64,000 nucleotides of DNA from Heptranchias perlo (lineage: Eukaryota), in contig NC_090326.1 of the NCBI RefSeq assembly GCF_035084215.1, positions 1,922,001 through 1,986,000 of the forward strand, read 5' to 3'. The notes under the pieces are model-generated. The model was not told the DNA's origin and did not search any database. It saw only the letters and a list, made by a program, of their open reading frames with translations. A program made the translations under genes and the position numbers. Every line of letters begins with the position of its first letter. Positions within the stretch are counted from its first letter, which is position 1. Shown one piece after another: positions 10,826 through 23,274 of the stretch.

Positions 10826-12754
10826 GTGATGTGGAGATGCCGGTGATTGACTGGGGTTGACAATTGTAAACAATTTTACAACACCAAGTTATAGTCCAGC
10901 AATTTTATTTTAAATTCACAAGCTTTCGGAGGCTTCCTCCTTCCTCAGGTGAACGATGTGGAAATGAAGTCCTCGAAATGAAATCGCATTTATAATTCAC
11001 AGAACATTGCTTGATGATTACAGACAGTTTTTTCAACTGCCCGTTGCCAAGGCAATCAGTGTGCAGACAGACAGGTGTTATCTGCAAGTTCTCAGAATAT
11101 ACAAATCACCAAAAAAAACAACAAACAAAAAAAAACAGAGATAGAGAGGTAGAAACATAGAAAAGACAGCAACTGACCCGTTATATTAAAAACAGATAAC
11201 ATTTGTTCGCTGGTGGGGTAACGTGTAGCGTGACATGAACCCAAGATCCCGGTTGAGGCCGTCCTCATGGCTGCGGAACTTGGCTATCAATTTCTGCTCG
11301 ACGATTTTGCGTTGTCGTGTGTCTCGAAGGCCGCCTTGGAGTACGCTTACCCGAAGGTCGGTGGATGAATGTCCATGACTGCTGAAGTGTTCCCCGACTG
11401 GGAGGGAACCCTCCTGTTTGGCGATTGTTGCGCGGTGTCCGTTCATCCGTTGTCGCAGTGTCTGCATGGTCTCGCCAATGTACCATGCTCTGGGGCATCC
11501 TTTCCTGCAACGTATGAGGTAGACAACGTTGGCCGAGTCGCAGGAGTTTGAACCATGTACCTGGTGGGTGGTGTCCTCTCGTGTGATGGTGGTATCTGTG
11601 TCGATGATCTGGCATGTCTTGCAGAGGTTACCGTGGCAGGGTTGTGTGGTGTCGTGGACGCTGTTCTCTTGAAAGCTGGGTAATTTGCTGCGAACGATGG
11701 TCTGTTTGAGGTTGGGTGGCTGTTTAAAGGCGAGTAGTGGAGGTGTGGGGATGGCCATAGCGAGGTGTTCGTCGTCATTGATGACATGTCGAAGGCTGCG
11801 GAGAACATGGCGTAGTTTCTCCGCTCCGGGGAAGTACTGGACGACAAAGGGTACTCTGTTGGTTGCGTCCCGTGTTAGTCTCCTGAGGAGGTCTATGCGA
11901 TTTTTTGCTGTGGCCCGTCGGAACTGTCGATCGATGAGTCGAGCTTCATATCCCGTTCTTACTAGGGCGTCTTTCAGCGTCTGTAGGTGTCCATCGCGTT
12001 CCTCCTCGTCTGAGCAGACCCTGTGTATTCGCAGGGCCTGTCCATAGGGGATGGCCTCTTTGACGTGGTTAGGGTGGAAGCTGGAAAAGTGGAGCATCGT
12101 GAGGTTGTCTGTGGGCTTGCGGTAGAGTGAGCTGCTGAGGTGCCCGTCTTTGATGGAGATTCGTGTGTCCAAGAAAGAAACTGATTCTGAGGAGTAGTCC
12201 ATGGTGAGCTTGATGGTGGGATGGAAATTGTTGATGTTGTCGTGTAGTCTCTTTAGTGATTCCTTGCCGTGGGTCCATAGAAAGAAAATGTCATCGATGT
12301 ATCTGGTGTATAGTGTTGGTTGGAGTTCCTGTGCAGTGAAGAAGTCCTGCTCAAACTTGTGCATGAAAATGTTGGCGCATTGGGGTGCGAATTTGGTCCC
12401 CATGGCTGTTCCATGTGTTTGGGTAAAGAACTGGTTATCGAAGGTGAAGACATTGTGATCCAGGATGAAGCGGATGAGTTGTAGGATGGCGTCCGGAGAT
12501 TGGCTGTTGTTGGTGTTGAATTTTGATGCTGTCGCAGCGATGCCGTCATCGTGGGGGATACTGGTGTATAGTGCCGAGACGTCCATCGTGGTGAGAAGTG
12601 TTCCTGGTTCAACTGGTCCGTGGGTACTGAGTTTTTGTAGGAAGTCTGTAGTGTCGCGACAGAAGCTGGGGGTTCCCTGTACGATGGGTTTCAGGATGCC
12701 CTCGATGTATCCAGAGAGGTTCTCACACAGGGTTCCGTTGCCTGATACGATAGC
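10826..12754 (-). mobile_element. Penelope-like element (Neptune type), 5'-truncated left arm: RT plus GIY-YIG, pLTR and tail
   Basis: TMDVSALYTSI, QTHGTAMG, YTRYIDDIFF, Cys linker PCHGNLCKTC, VVYLIRC..WYIGET; ORF open from ~12752 to 11186. Confidence 0.95.
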
Positions 12755-14256
12755 CTTCACCTTCGATAACCAGTTCTTTACCCAAACACATGGAACAGCC
12801 ATGGGGACCAAATTCGCACCCCAATACGCCAACATTTTCATGCACAAGTTCGAGCGGGACTTCTTCCCTGCACAGGACCTCCAACCAACACTATAAACCA
12901 GATGCATCGACGACATTTTCTTTCTATGGACCCATGGCAAGGAATCACTAAAGAGACTACACGACAACATCAACAAGTTCCATCCCACCATCAAGCTCAC
13001 CATGGACTACTCCTCAGAATCAGTTTCTTTCTTGGACACACGAATCTCCATCAAAGACGGGCACCTCAGCACCTCACTCTACCGCAAGCACACAGACAAC
13101 CTCACGATGCTCCACTTTTCCAGCTTCCACCCTAACCACGTCAAAGAGGCCATCCCCTATGGACAGGCCCTGCGAATACACAGGGTCTGCTCAGACGAGG
13201 AGGAACGCGATGGACACCTACAGACGCTGAAAGACGCCCTAGTAAGAACGGGATATGACGCTCGACTCATCGATCGACAGTTCCGACGGGCCACAGCAAA
13301 AAATCGCATAGACCTCCTCAGGAGACTAACACGGGACGCAACCAACAGAGTACCCTTTGTCGTCCAGTACTTCCCCGGAGCGGAGAAACTACGCCATGTT
13401 CTCCGCAGCCTTCAACATGTCATCAATGAGGACAAACACCTCGCTATGGCCATCCCCACACCTCCACTACTCGCCTTTAAACAGCCACCCAACCTCAAAC
13501 AGACCATCGTTCGCAGCAAATTACCCAGCTTTCAAGAGAACAGCGTCCACGACACCACACAACCCTGCCACGGTAACCTCTGCAAGACATGCCAGATCAT
13601 CGACACAGATACCACCATCACACGAGAGGACACCACCCACCAGGTGCATGGTTCATACTCCTGTGACTCGGCCAACGTTGTCTACCTCATACGTTGCAGG
13701 AAAGGATGCCCCAGAGCATGGTACATTGGCGAGACTATGCAGACGCTGCGACAACGGATGAACGGACACCGCGCAACAATCGCCAAACAGGAGGGTTCCC
13801 TCCCAGTCGGGGAACACTTCAGCAGTCATGGACATTCATCCACCGACCTTCGGGTAAGCGTACTCCAAGGCGGCCTTCGAGACACACGACAACGCAAAAT
13901 CGTCGAGCAGAAATTGATAGCCAAGTTCCGCACCCATGAGGACGGCCTCAATCGGGATCTTGGGTTCATGTCACGCTACACGTTACCCCACCAGCGAACA
14001 AATGTTACGTGATTTGTATATTCTGAGAACTTGCAGGTAACAACTGTCTGTCTGCACACTGATTGCCTTGGCAACGGGCAGTTGAAAAAAACTGTCTGTA
14101 ATCACCAAGCATTGTTCTGTGAATTATAAATGCAATTTCATTTCGAGGACTTCATTTCGACATCGTTCACCTGAGGAAGGAGGAAGCCTCCGAAAGCTTG
14201 TGAATTTAAAATAAAATTGCTGGACTATAACTTGGTGTTGTAAAATTGTTTACAAT
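12755..14256 (+). mobile_element. Penelope-like element right arm, inverted copy of the left arm
   Basis: Near-identical reverse complement of ~10857-12450; TAA at 12894-96 before the DD motif; ~90-bp deletion removes the native stop. Confidence 0.95.
14166..14204 (+). ncRNA. Minimal hammerhead ribozyme motif in PLE pLTR
   Basis: TTCAC-CTGAGGA-A-GGAGG-AAG-CCTCC-GAAA-GCTT-GTGAA; mirror copy at ~10914-10952 (-). Confidence 0.75.
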
Positions 14257-14839
14257 TGTCCCTATATCAGTTACAAGTAGCGCTGTGAGTGTGACACTAA
14301 TGTTTTACACTGCTTCTGATTCTAGCGCTGAGTGAGAGAGCAAGACACACATTGCCTTTGGAACTATTAGTACGAGTGGGATCGAAATTAGGTCTTTCTG
14401 TATCTGTTTGCCAGTACTTCTTTTGTCCGAATGCGGCAATGGATGTGATGATGGGACTCAGTCTGCGCAGTATGAGTGGAATTCACCTCCCGCCAATCGT
14501 GGGTGTGGAAATTAAACTGCCTCCGTTTCAAGTACTTTATGTTGGTTTGTCTGGAAATGACACCTTTGTTAGTCTGTCGACACCTTTGTTAGTCTGTCTG
14601 TGGTGAGTATAAAATTAACATTGCTACTATATCTGCCCAAAACTTCACAGATCAGCTTTACTCCCATCACTCTGGTATTATGATGAGCTATGAAATGGGC
14701 AGTTTATAAATATTAGCCCTGCCCCGGCTCACATCTGCTCGCTCCCCTTTATGAATTTGACGTTTAAATAAATTTATCTCAACTTCACTGTATCACCATT
14801 TCAACCCCGGCGATCACAACTCTCTTTTGCCGATTTTGT

Positions 14840-14855
14840 GGCTCTGAAAAGAGCC
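14840..14855 (-). terminator. Histone 3' stem-loop (H3)
   Basis: GGCTCTTTTCAGAGCC on -, purine-rich AAAAGAGAG downstream. Confidence 0.93.
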
Positions 14856-14888
14856 TTTGTTGCACTTGGTGCTGAAGCCGGGTCGGGT

Positions 14889-15398
<510 letters not shown>

Positions 15399-15886
15399 CT
15401 ATGATTGGCTGCAGACCGAAGCCCGCTCAGGGAGGAACCGCCCGGGGACTGTGATTCGCTGCAGACCGACCCCGGCAGGTTTGAACTAAGCTCTGACAGG
15501 CAGAAGAAAACGGCGAGAATTATTGGGCCCCGATTCTCTTAGCTGAAATTTAAGATTAAATTCAAAAACCCGCCAATTTCAGAGCATCAAATTTCAAGAA
15601 AACCTCAGTTCCTGTCAGCAGCTTAAAAATGTTAAGTTTTAAATGTTATAATTTTGATTATTCTTTTATCCTCAACTCAAATTCCCGGCTGTTCTACATT
15701 CCGGTTCAACTCGGGTTCATTGTTTGAGCGGGCTGTAAACGGGTGGGAAGAAAAGCTCGGCCGCTGTTTCTTATCTCTGACGATTTTTATTGAATCTCCT
15801 CATATTAATGAAATATCTGACGTTAATACCCCCACTATTATCAGCCTGTTCCCAGGTCAGTGCCCTCTCTCGGTGAGGTGGTGGGT

Positions 15887-15902
15887 GGCTCTTAGAAGAG
15901 CC
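15887..15902 (-). terminator. Histone 3' stem-loop (H4 pseudogene)
   Basis: GGCTCTTCTAAGAGCC-ACCCA on -. Confidence 0.9.
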
Positions 15903-15937
15903 TTTATTTTGTGTTTGGTTTGAATGGTTCGAGTTTT

Positions 15938-16248
<311 letters not shown>

Positions 16249-16354
16249 GATACTTCTTCACTCAAATCGCTGCTGAATGTGAAACAAACTCGTTCTGGTT
16301 CCATTTTATGCAGCCCGCCCGACCTGACTGACAAAGGCAACGGGTGAGAGAGGC

Positions 16355-16830
16355 AGTGGAGGAGACAGAGTGAGATATTAAATAGAGAGGGAAGGAGAGA
16401 GAGTGAGATATTAAACAGAGAGGGAAGGAGAGCGAGTGAGATATTAAACAGAGAGGGGAGGAGAATGAGTGAGATATTAAACAGAGAGGAAAGGAGAGAG
16501 AGTGAGATATTCAATAGAGAGGGAAGGAGACAGAGTGAGATATTAAACAGAGGGGAGAAGAATGAGTGAGATATTAAAAAGAGAGGGGAGGAGACAGAGT
16601 GAGATATTAAACAGAGAGGGGAGGAGACAGAGTGAGATATTAAACAGAGAGGGGAGGAGGGAGAGTGAGATATTAAACAGAGAGGAGAGGAGAAAGAGTG
16701 AGATATTAAACAGAGAGGGGAGGAGACAGGGTAAGATATTAAACAGAGAAGGGAGGGGACAGAGTAAGATATTAAACAGATAGGGGAGGAGACAGGGTGA
16801 GATATTAAACAGAGAGGGAAGGAGACAGCC
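16355..16830. repeat. 33-bp purine-rich VNTR (~14 copies) upstream of H4
   Basis: GAGTGAGATATTAAACAGAGAGGGGAGGAGACA; units at 16401, 16434 and onward. Confidence 0.93.
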
Positions 16831-17420
16831 AGAGTGACGGAGGGAGCTGATCTTCCAGCTCCACCTCCAGCTTTCACCACCCGCAAATTTCAAACCGTTT
16901 ATCGATAATAGAACCGGAACACAGTGCTCCGCACAAACCCTTACAGAACAGGGCTTGATATTCAGATTTCCAGAAACCCGTAGTTTTTAAATAAGCCCCG
17001 CTACAACTAACAGTCTGTAATATTCCTGCCAAACTACAATCCCATCTATAACAAGTCAACAGTTTATAAACGCCCTATTCCAGCGGATTTGGAGAATCTC
17101 ATGTGTTGGGGTTTGAATTGTGATAGAGGCGGATCTCCGCCGGTTTTACCGTCTCACAGAGACTCTCGCCCTGAAACTGTGAGAGGAAGAAATGAACAGG
17201 GACTGGAGCCGAACAGACCCCAGTTACAGTGAGGCCCGGCCCGGACATCCCATTCTCTCTATTTTATTTCAGACAGTGGGGGTTCGGGTGCGGGTGGCGA
17301 ATGTCAGCGTGTCACCAGGAATCGTGGGTTTATAAAATGCTTTCTGTCTGAAATTTTAGCTTGGCCCCGGGACAGGAATCATCTGATTGCGGGATCAGCT
17401 CTTTTCTGAGAGATGTGGGT

Positions 17421-17436
17421 GGCTCTGAGAAGAGCC
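17421..17436 (-). terminator. Histone 3' stem-loop (H1)
   Basis: GGCTCTTCTCAGAGCC-ACCCA on -, then AGAAAAGAG. Confidence 0.93.
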
Positions 17437-17472
17437 GTTGGGTTCAGGTGTTCACAAGTTGCACTTGATCGT

Positions 17473-18162
17473 TCACTTCTTTTTGGCCGCAGCTTTCTTC
17501 GGCTTTGCTGATTTCGGATTGGGCTTGGCCCTCGGTTTTTCTAACTTCTTCGCCTTCATCTTTACAACTTTGGCTGAGTTGGGGGTCTTGGGCTTCTTAG
17601 CCGCCGCTTTCTTCCTAATAACTATCGATTTCGCCGCATTCTTGGTGGTCGATTTCTTGGCTGGTGATTTCTTGGCCGCTAATTTCTTGGCGGCTGATTT
17701 TTTGGCCGCTGGTTTCTTGGCGGCTGATTTCTTGGCCGCTGGTTTCTTGGCGGCTGGTTTCTTAGCCGCTGGTTTCTTGACAGAAGATTTCTTTGCTGCT
17801 TGTTTCTTCACCTTCTTTACCACTTTTGTCTGAGCTTCCTTCTTAGCGACTTTGAAGGAGCCCGAGGCGCCCGTGCCCTTGATCTGGAGCAGGGAACCTT
17901 TTTCCAGCTGTCTTTTGATATTTAATTTGATCTGGGACCGGTGCTTCTCCACATCCAGGCCGTTGGTGGCCAGAACCTTCTTTATCGCGGCCAGCGACAT
18001 CCCCTTGCGTTCCTTGCAATCCGCAACAATCTTGAGGATCTGTTCGCCCAACCTGGGACCGGCTGTCTTGGGTCCGGAAACCGTCTTCTTCTTCTTGGGA
18101 GCAGTGGTTTGAGCGGCGGCGGTGGCAGGAGGTGCCGCTTCAGCGGCTGCGGTATCCGTCAT
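17473..18162 (-). CDS. H1: Linker histone H1 (229 aa)
   Basis: MTDTAAAE.., globular domain ERKGMSLAAIKK..KGTGASGSFK, K/A/P-rich tail with KKPAA repeats. Confidence 0.95.
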   Translation of the reverse strand: MTDTAAAEAAPPATAAAQTTAPKKKKTVSGPKTAGPRLGEQILKIVADCKERKGMSLAAIKKVLATNGLDVEKHRSQIKLNIKRQLEKGSLLQIKGTGASGSFKVAKKEAQTKVVKKVKKQAAKKSSVKKPAAKKPAAKKPAAKKSAAKKPAAKKSAAKKLAAKKSPAKKSTTKNAAKSIVIRKKAAAKKPKTPNSAKVVKMKAKKLEKPRAKPNPKSAKPKKAAAKKK

Positions 18163-18235
18163 GCTCAGGACTCTGTAGAAAATCTCTCTGACAGTCAGAG
18201 CTGGGTCAGAAATGAAACAAGAGGCGGCGGCACAG

Positions 18236-18320
18236 AGCAACTTAAAGGCACAGAGCGGACGGGGCGGAGACAACCTGCTGTCAGCTCTCGGCTCCTGCAG
18301 CCTCTCTGTGTTTCTCTCTC
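18236..18320 (-). promoter_or_regulatory. H1 promoter: H1 box AAACACA, GC box, TTTAAG TATA-like
   Basis: TGTGTTT ~18307-18313, GGGGCGG ~18261, CTTAAA ~18241. Confidence 0.65.
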
Positions 18321-19369
18321 CTCTTAAACTCCCGATTCCAATTAAAATCAGGCACTCCAGATTCCCAGACTAGCCCCTTCCTATCTCTAACATCGGAATG
18401 TTTGCTGTCGAAAAACTTTCTCTGGAATTAAAAGCAGCAGTTTCGATTTAAACCCGTTTCATTGCTGCACTGATCGCGCTCTCTCACCCGTTTGCAGATA
18501 TGACCTTTGTTTTTCGGCTGAAGTCTTGAATTGAACTGAAACTTTACTTGAATTTCCACTTCGGAGCTTGGCAGGACAGCAGGGCGGTCGTTTGAACGGG
18601 ATTTTAAAAAAAATTGACATAAAGGGGACTCGGAAATCCGGCGATGAGACCGCACACACAAACACAGTGACATTAATCTAACCCGCCCCGCCCCTTTAAC
18701 ACACTCTCTTACACAATATTCACATCTGCACATTCACGGGACAAACTGTTCGCCAGATTGACAATTCCCGGGACAGGCTTTCCTCCCCGCTCGGCCTGTG
18801 CTGCGGATTCTCGGGGGTTAGTTGTAGTTTCCCAGCTCAGTAAATGTTAAACACTCTGAGGCCGGCGCACCTCACAGTGTCTGGTTCTCAGATTCAGGCA
18901 GGAGCCAATCACAGCTGTGGCTGCGATAATCCATATCTGGTATTAAATTATTATATTGTTCGCACACAGAAATATGTTTGCTTAAGATGAAAATACAAAT
19001 TATCCGCTCTGGGCTCATCCAGTCTCTCTGTGTTTCTCTCTCCTCCTAAACGGACTGACAGATAATAGTAACTGGTGTCCTATCCATCCCATTGTCAACA
19101 CCCAGAGACGGCTAGTTACTGCATAAATTAAACACTCACAGACAGTCCAGTGTCAAACAGTTACAGGCTGTTTCTCTCCACCTTTCAGTACAGGGCTGGA
19201 GACAGATATTTAGTTCAGATTAGACCGGCTCATACGTACTAGAAGGGACAGTCACCATCTCACCAACAGAAACAAACACAGAATCAGTCTTTCACTTTCT
19301 ATCAGCGTGTCCATATTACGCTCAGCAAAACACCATTCCTTCATTTACAATAGTGGAGAGAGAGATACA

Positions 19370-21240
19370 GACATGCACAGTATCAGCCTTACACTTCCTA
19401 TCACTGTGTATGTACCATGCCCAATAACAGTATCCCACCTTCATATATAGAACAAAAGACAGAGAGAAACTGACCAGTAATATCCTGTTTTTACCCAATG
19501 ACAAATTGGGAAACATTCCATTCCAATTGCTATTCCATACTGGAGTGACAGAAGCTGCAGTCCCATCTCTCACTGATATTATTTCAGAGACAAACACCTT
19601 GTTAATCCCACTCTCAGGAACAGTGTCAGTGAGTGAGAAAAAAGTAACATATTTAACCCTCTCTTGCATATTGTACCCTCTGCAATCTTGCAGCTCAGGG
19701 CCGTTCGGTATTACTCTCAGTAATCGAGAGTGTCACTCCGATTGAAATAAACTGGAACTGTTGCTGTCAGATATTAATCCGACACGGTCCCGGCAAATAC
19801 ACCGACTCCCACTTTCCTCCCACGATTTTCCGGGATTGGTTTGAGAAATCCTCCCTCCAGTTTCGGAGTCACACGTTGCTTTAACAGTAAAAGGTCCAAG
19901 AATGAACAGAACCCATAGGTTCATTTCACAGCCGCCCACTTTATCTTTGAATGGCGCCATCAAAAGATACTGAGCGATACAGCTGGGATGGAAATATCTC
20001 GTATGAGAGTTATAGATTGTAAAATCAGCCTGGATTACATCGTTCGTCAGTAATATTCCTGCCTGAATACAGTCCCTTCTATAACAAGTTAGCCCGCCTC
20101 CTTCCATTTCAGTCCTAGAATCTGTTCTATCAGAAGGGTTCAGCAGTTTTTAAACACCTTATTCCAGCTGATTTGGAGAATCTCATGTGTTGGGGTTTGA
20201 GTTGTGACGCGGAGTTTCTCCGCCAGTCTTACGGTCTCAGAGAGAGTCTCACCCTGAATCTGTGAAATGGATATGACCATAAAATGGTACTGGAGAAGAA
20301 CACAGCTCCAGTTGCAGTGAGACCCGGCTCAGACATCTTATTCTCTCTGTTTTATTTCAGACAGCACTAGAGAGGGACACACAGAAGCACACACGTTCAG
20401 TCTTACACTTCCTTAATGTGTCCGTATCACGCTCAGCAACACTATCCCACCTTCATATACAACACAAGAGAGAGAGAGACGGTCGCGGTGAGAGAGACAG
20501 AGAGATCGGAGAGACACCGTGAAAAAAGACGTACACAGTATCAGTTCCAGACTGACCTGTAAAGTTCCGTTTTATACATAAAGATCCCGTTGGAGAGACA
20601 GAAGATGCAATCTCATCTCAATAATATTGTACCAGAGATAGACACACTATTAAACCCGCAGTCGGGGACAGTGTAGAGAGTGATAAAAACAATGGGCCAC
20701 ATTTAACGCTCTCTTACCTGTTATACTATATTTAGTTAACAGCTCAGGACCATTCGGTATTACAATCAGTGATCGACAGTTTAACTCTGATTAAATTAAT
20801 CTGGGAGTGTGGCTGTCAGATATTAAACCTACACGGTCCCAACAAACACACCGACTCCCACTTTCCTCCCACGTTTCTCCAGGGTTGGTTTGAGAAATCT
20901 CCCCTTCGGTTCCGGAGTAACGTGTCAGTTTTATCAATGAAGGGGCCAAGAATGAATTGAATCCATTGGGTCATTTCACAGCCGCTCACTATATCTATGA
21001 AAGGCGATTTACCTTCAAAAGATACCGAGAGAAACAGCAGGGATGGAAACATCTAGTTTAATAGTTAGAGATTGTAAAGTCAGTCTGGATTCCAGCGTTC
21101 GGCACTGGTGGAATCCCATCTGTTTTCCATTCTGGTGCCTGTTTCTGCTCTTCCTGTGACCCCATTCCCTCTGACCTTTCCCCCAGCCCCAGTTCCTTTG
21201 CTCAGAATCTGAAAAATTCCACCTGGGGAAAGTTTCCATC
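19370..21240. repeat. ~1-kb tandemly duplicated cluster-specific spacer module
   Basis: 19370-20060 resembles 20390-21120; further copies at 17020-17280, 41380-41600, 53550-53930 (-), 62860-63960 (-). Confidence 0.75.
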
Positions 21241-21270
21241 GATTTTTGTATTCTGAATTTAAACCAGATA

Positions 21271-21650
21271 CCTGCGCATGCGTGATTCAGCCCCGCCCCC
21301 TTTTCTGACTGTTACTGAGCAGAAGAGCGCATGCGCGCTCCCTTCCCCCAGCTTTGGCTGTGGGCGCCATTCCCACAGTGAGCGGAAGAAGATGGTTTTA
21401 AACAGCCGGGAACGGAGAGATCACGGCCCCCGGGGGAAGGGAGCAAACAACAGCCGCGTTACAGCAGCTCATGTCCGCAGATGGGCTCAGAGATCGGCAT
21501 TGAGTCCGGGGTAAGTTCAGGGGGAGTCCGGGGGCTGTTTGTCGGAGGCGGAGTGGATCAGGAACTGGTCCCGGAACATGGAGTGAGAGGGCGAAGGGAG
21601 AGGCCACTCTCGGGCTGTGTGTGTACAGGGTGTGTCCAGGGGAAGAGAGA
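21271..21650 (+). promoter_or_regulatory. CpG-rich promoter / first-exon-like element, copy 1
   Basis: TGCGCATGCG 21273, CCCCGCCCC 21291, GCGCATGCGC 21327-36, donor-like GG|GTAAGT at 21511. Confidence 0.55.
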
Positions 21651-21734
21651 CAGAATGGGAAGAGCTTGCTATTTAATTCATTTCTCCTTTGTCTCCCCAT
21701 CAGTAAAGGTTTAGTTCCAATGTAACTGTGTTTA

Positions 21735-22810
21735 AGAACATGGGAATATAAGTAAATCATTCAGCCCCTCGAGCCTTTTCCGCCATTCAATTAGTCAATG
21801 GCTGATGTGTATCTGAACTCCAGCTACCCGCCTTGGTACCGTAACCCTTAATACACTTGCCTAACAAAAAATCTATCAACTATTCAGAAGAATGAGAGGC
21901 GATCTTATTGAAACATATAAGATTGTGAAGGGGCTTGATCGGGTGGATGCAGTAAGGATGTTCCCAAGGATGGGTGAAACTAGAACTAGGGGGCATAATC
22001 TTAGAATAAGGGGCTGCTCTTTCAAAACTGAGATGAGGAGAAACTTCTTCACTCAGAGGGTAGTAGGTCTGTGGAATTTGCTGCCCCAGGAAGCTGTGGA
22101 AGCTACATCATTAAATAAATTTAAAACAGAAATAGACAGTTTCCTAGAAGTAAAGGGAATTAGGGGTTACGGGGAGCGGGCAGGAAATTGGACATGAATT
22201 TAGATTTGAGGTTAGGATCAGATCAGCCATGATCTTATTGAATGGCGGAGCAGGCTCGAGGGGCCGATTGGCCGACTCCTGCTCCTATTTCTTATGTTCT
22301 TATGTTCTAACTTCAGTTTTGAAATTTTTAATTGATCTGCAGCCTCAACAGCTTTTTAGGGGCGAGAGTTCCAGAATTCCACTCCTCTTTGCGTGAAGGA
22401 ATGCATCCTGACCTCACCCCTGAAAGGCTTAGTTCTAATATTATTGGTATGCACTTTTTCGATTCTCCCACCAGAGGAAATAGTTTCATTCTATCTACGC
22501 TATCAAATTCTTTAATTATCTTAAACACCTCAATCAGGTCACCCCTTAATTTTCTATATACAAGGCATTACCAGCCTCGTGTATTCAACCTGTCCTCATA
22601 ACTTAACTCTTTTAGCCCCATTAACATACTGATGAATATATCCTTCCAAACTTTCCGTGCCCAGTACTGAACACTGTGACTCCAGATGGGGTCTAATGAG
22701 GGCTCTGTACAACCATAACATAACTATCACCCATTTGTATTCCATCCCTCTTGAGATAAAGGCCGACATTCCATTAGCCATTTAAATTATTTTTTACACC
22801 TGTCCACTAA
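21735..22810. mobile_element. Old CR1 3' end (-) with a younger CR1 3' end (+, ~21885-22308) nested in it
   Basis: MRGDLIETYKIVKG..WNLLPQEAVEA and TTCTTATG tail; host ORF remnants at 22328-22781 (-). Confidence 0.85.
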
Positions 22811-23274
22811 CATTTAGTATTTGTTATTGAACAGTGAGCAGTGGAAACGGAGCTGGACCAAAAGAATGTGGGGAGTTATACAAAGAGCATCAATTGGAGG
22901 CATCAGGTGAGACATGTGAAGGACACATTTTGTTTCGGTTGAACATTTATTCCCATGGGAGAGGTAAATAGAAATCTGATCTCTGCATGTTCCATCGGGT
23001 AGTCCCATTCATGGACCAGTACTGGGGGTGGGTTGTGTCTGGATGTCACAAAATTGTTGTGAAACCGACAACACACCTGGGATGCAGAAGCTGAGTGCAT
23101 GGAGTCAGACACTGACACCGTTCATATCGCTGTTTTTCTTTAGTGGCTATTCAAAACGATTATTAACAGAGAGACTCAATTCATCACTTTTGAAATTTCT
23201 ACCTCAACTGCTCTTGAGTTACAAGAGATACTTTTTCTTCTGACAGACAAATACTTGAAGGAAACAAAATACTT

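Noticed and set aside
11186-13003. 605-aa ORF as a full-length PLE protein
   Set aside because: The first ~84 aa are the antisense of the right arm; the real ORF is 5'-truncated at ~12754
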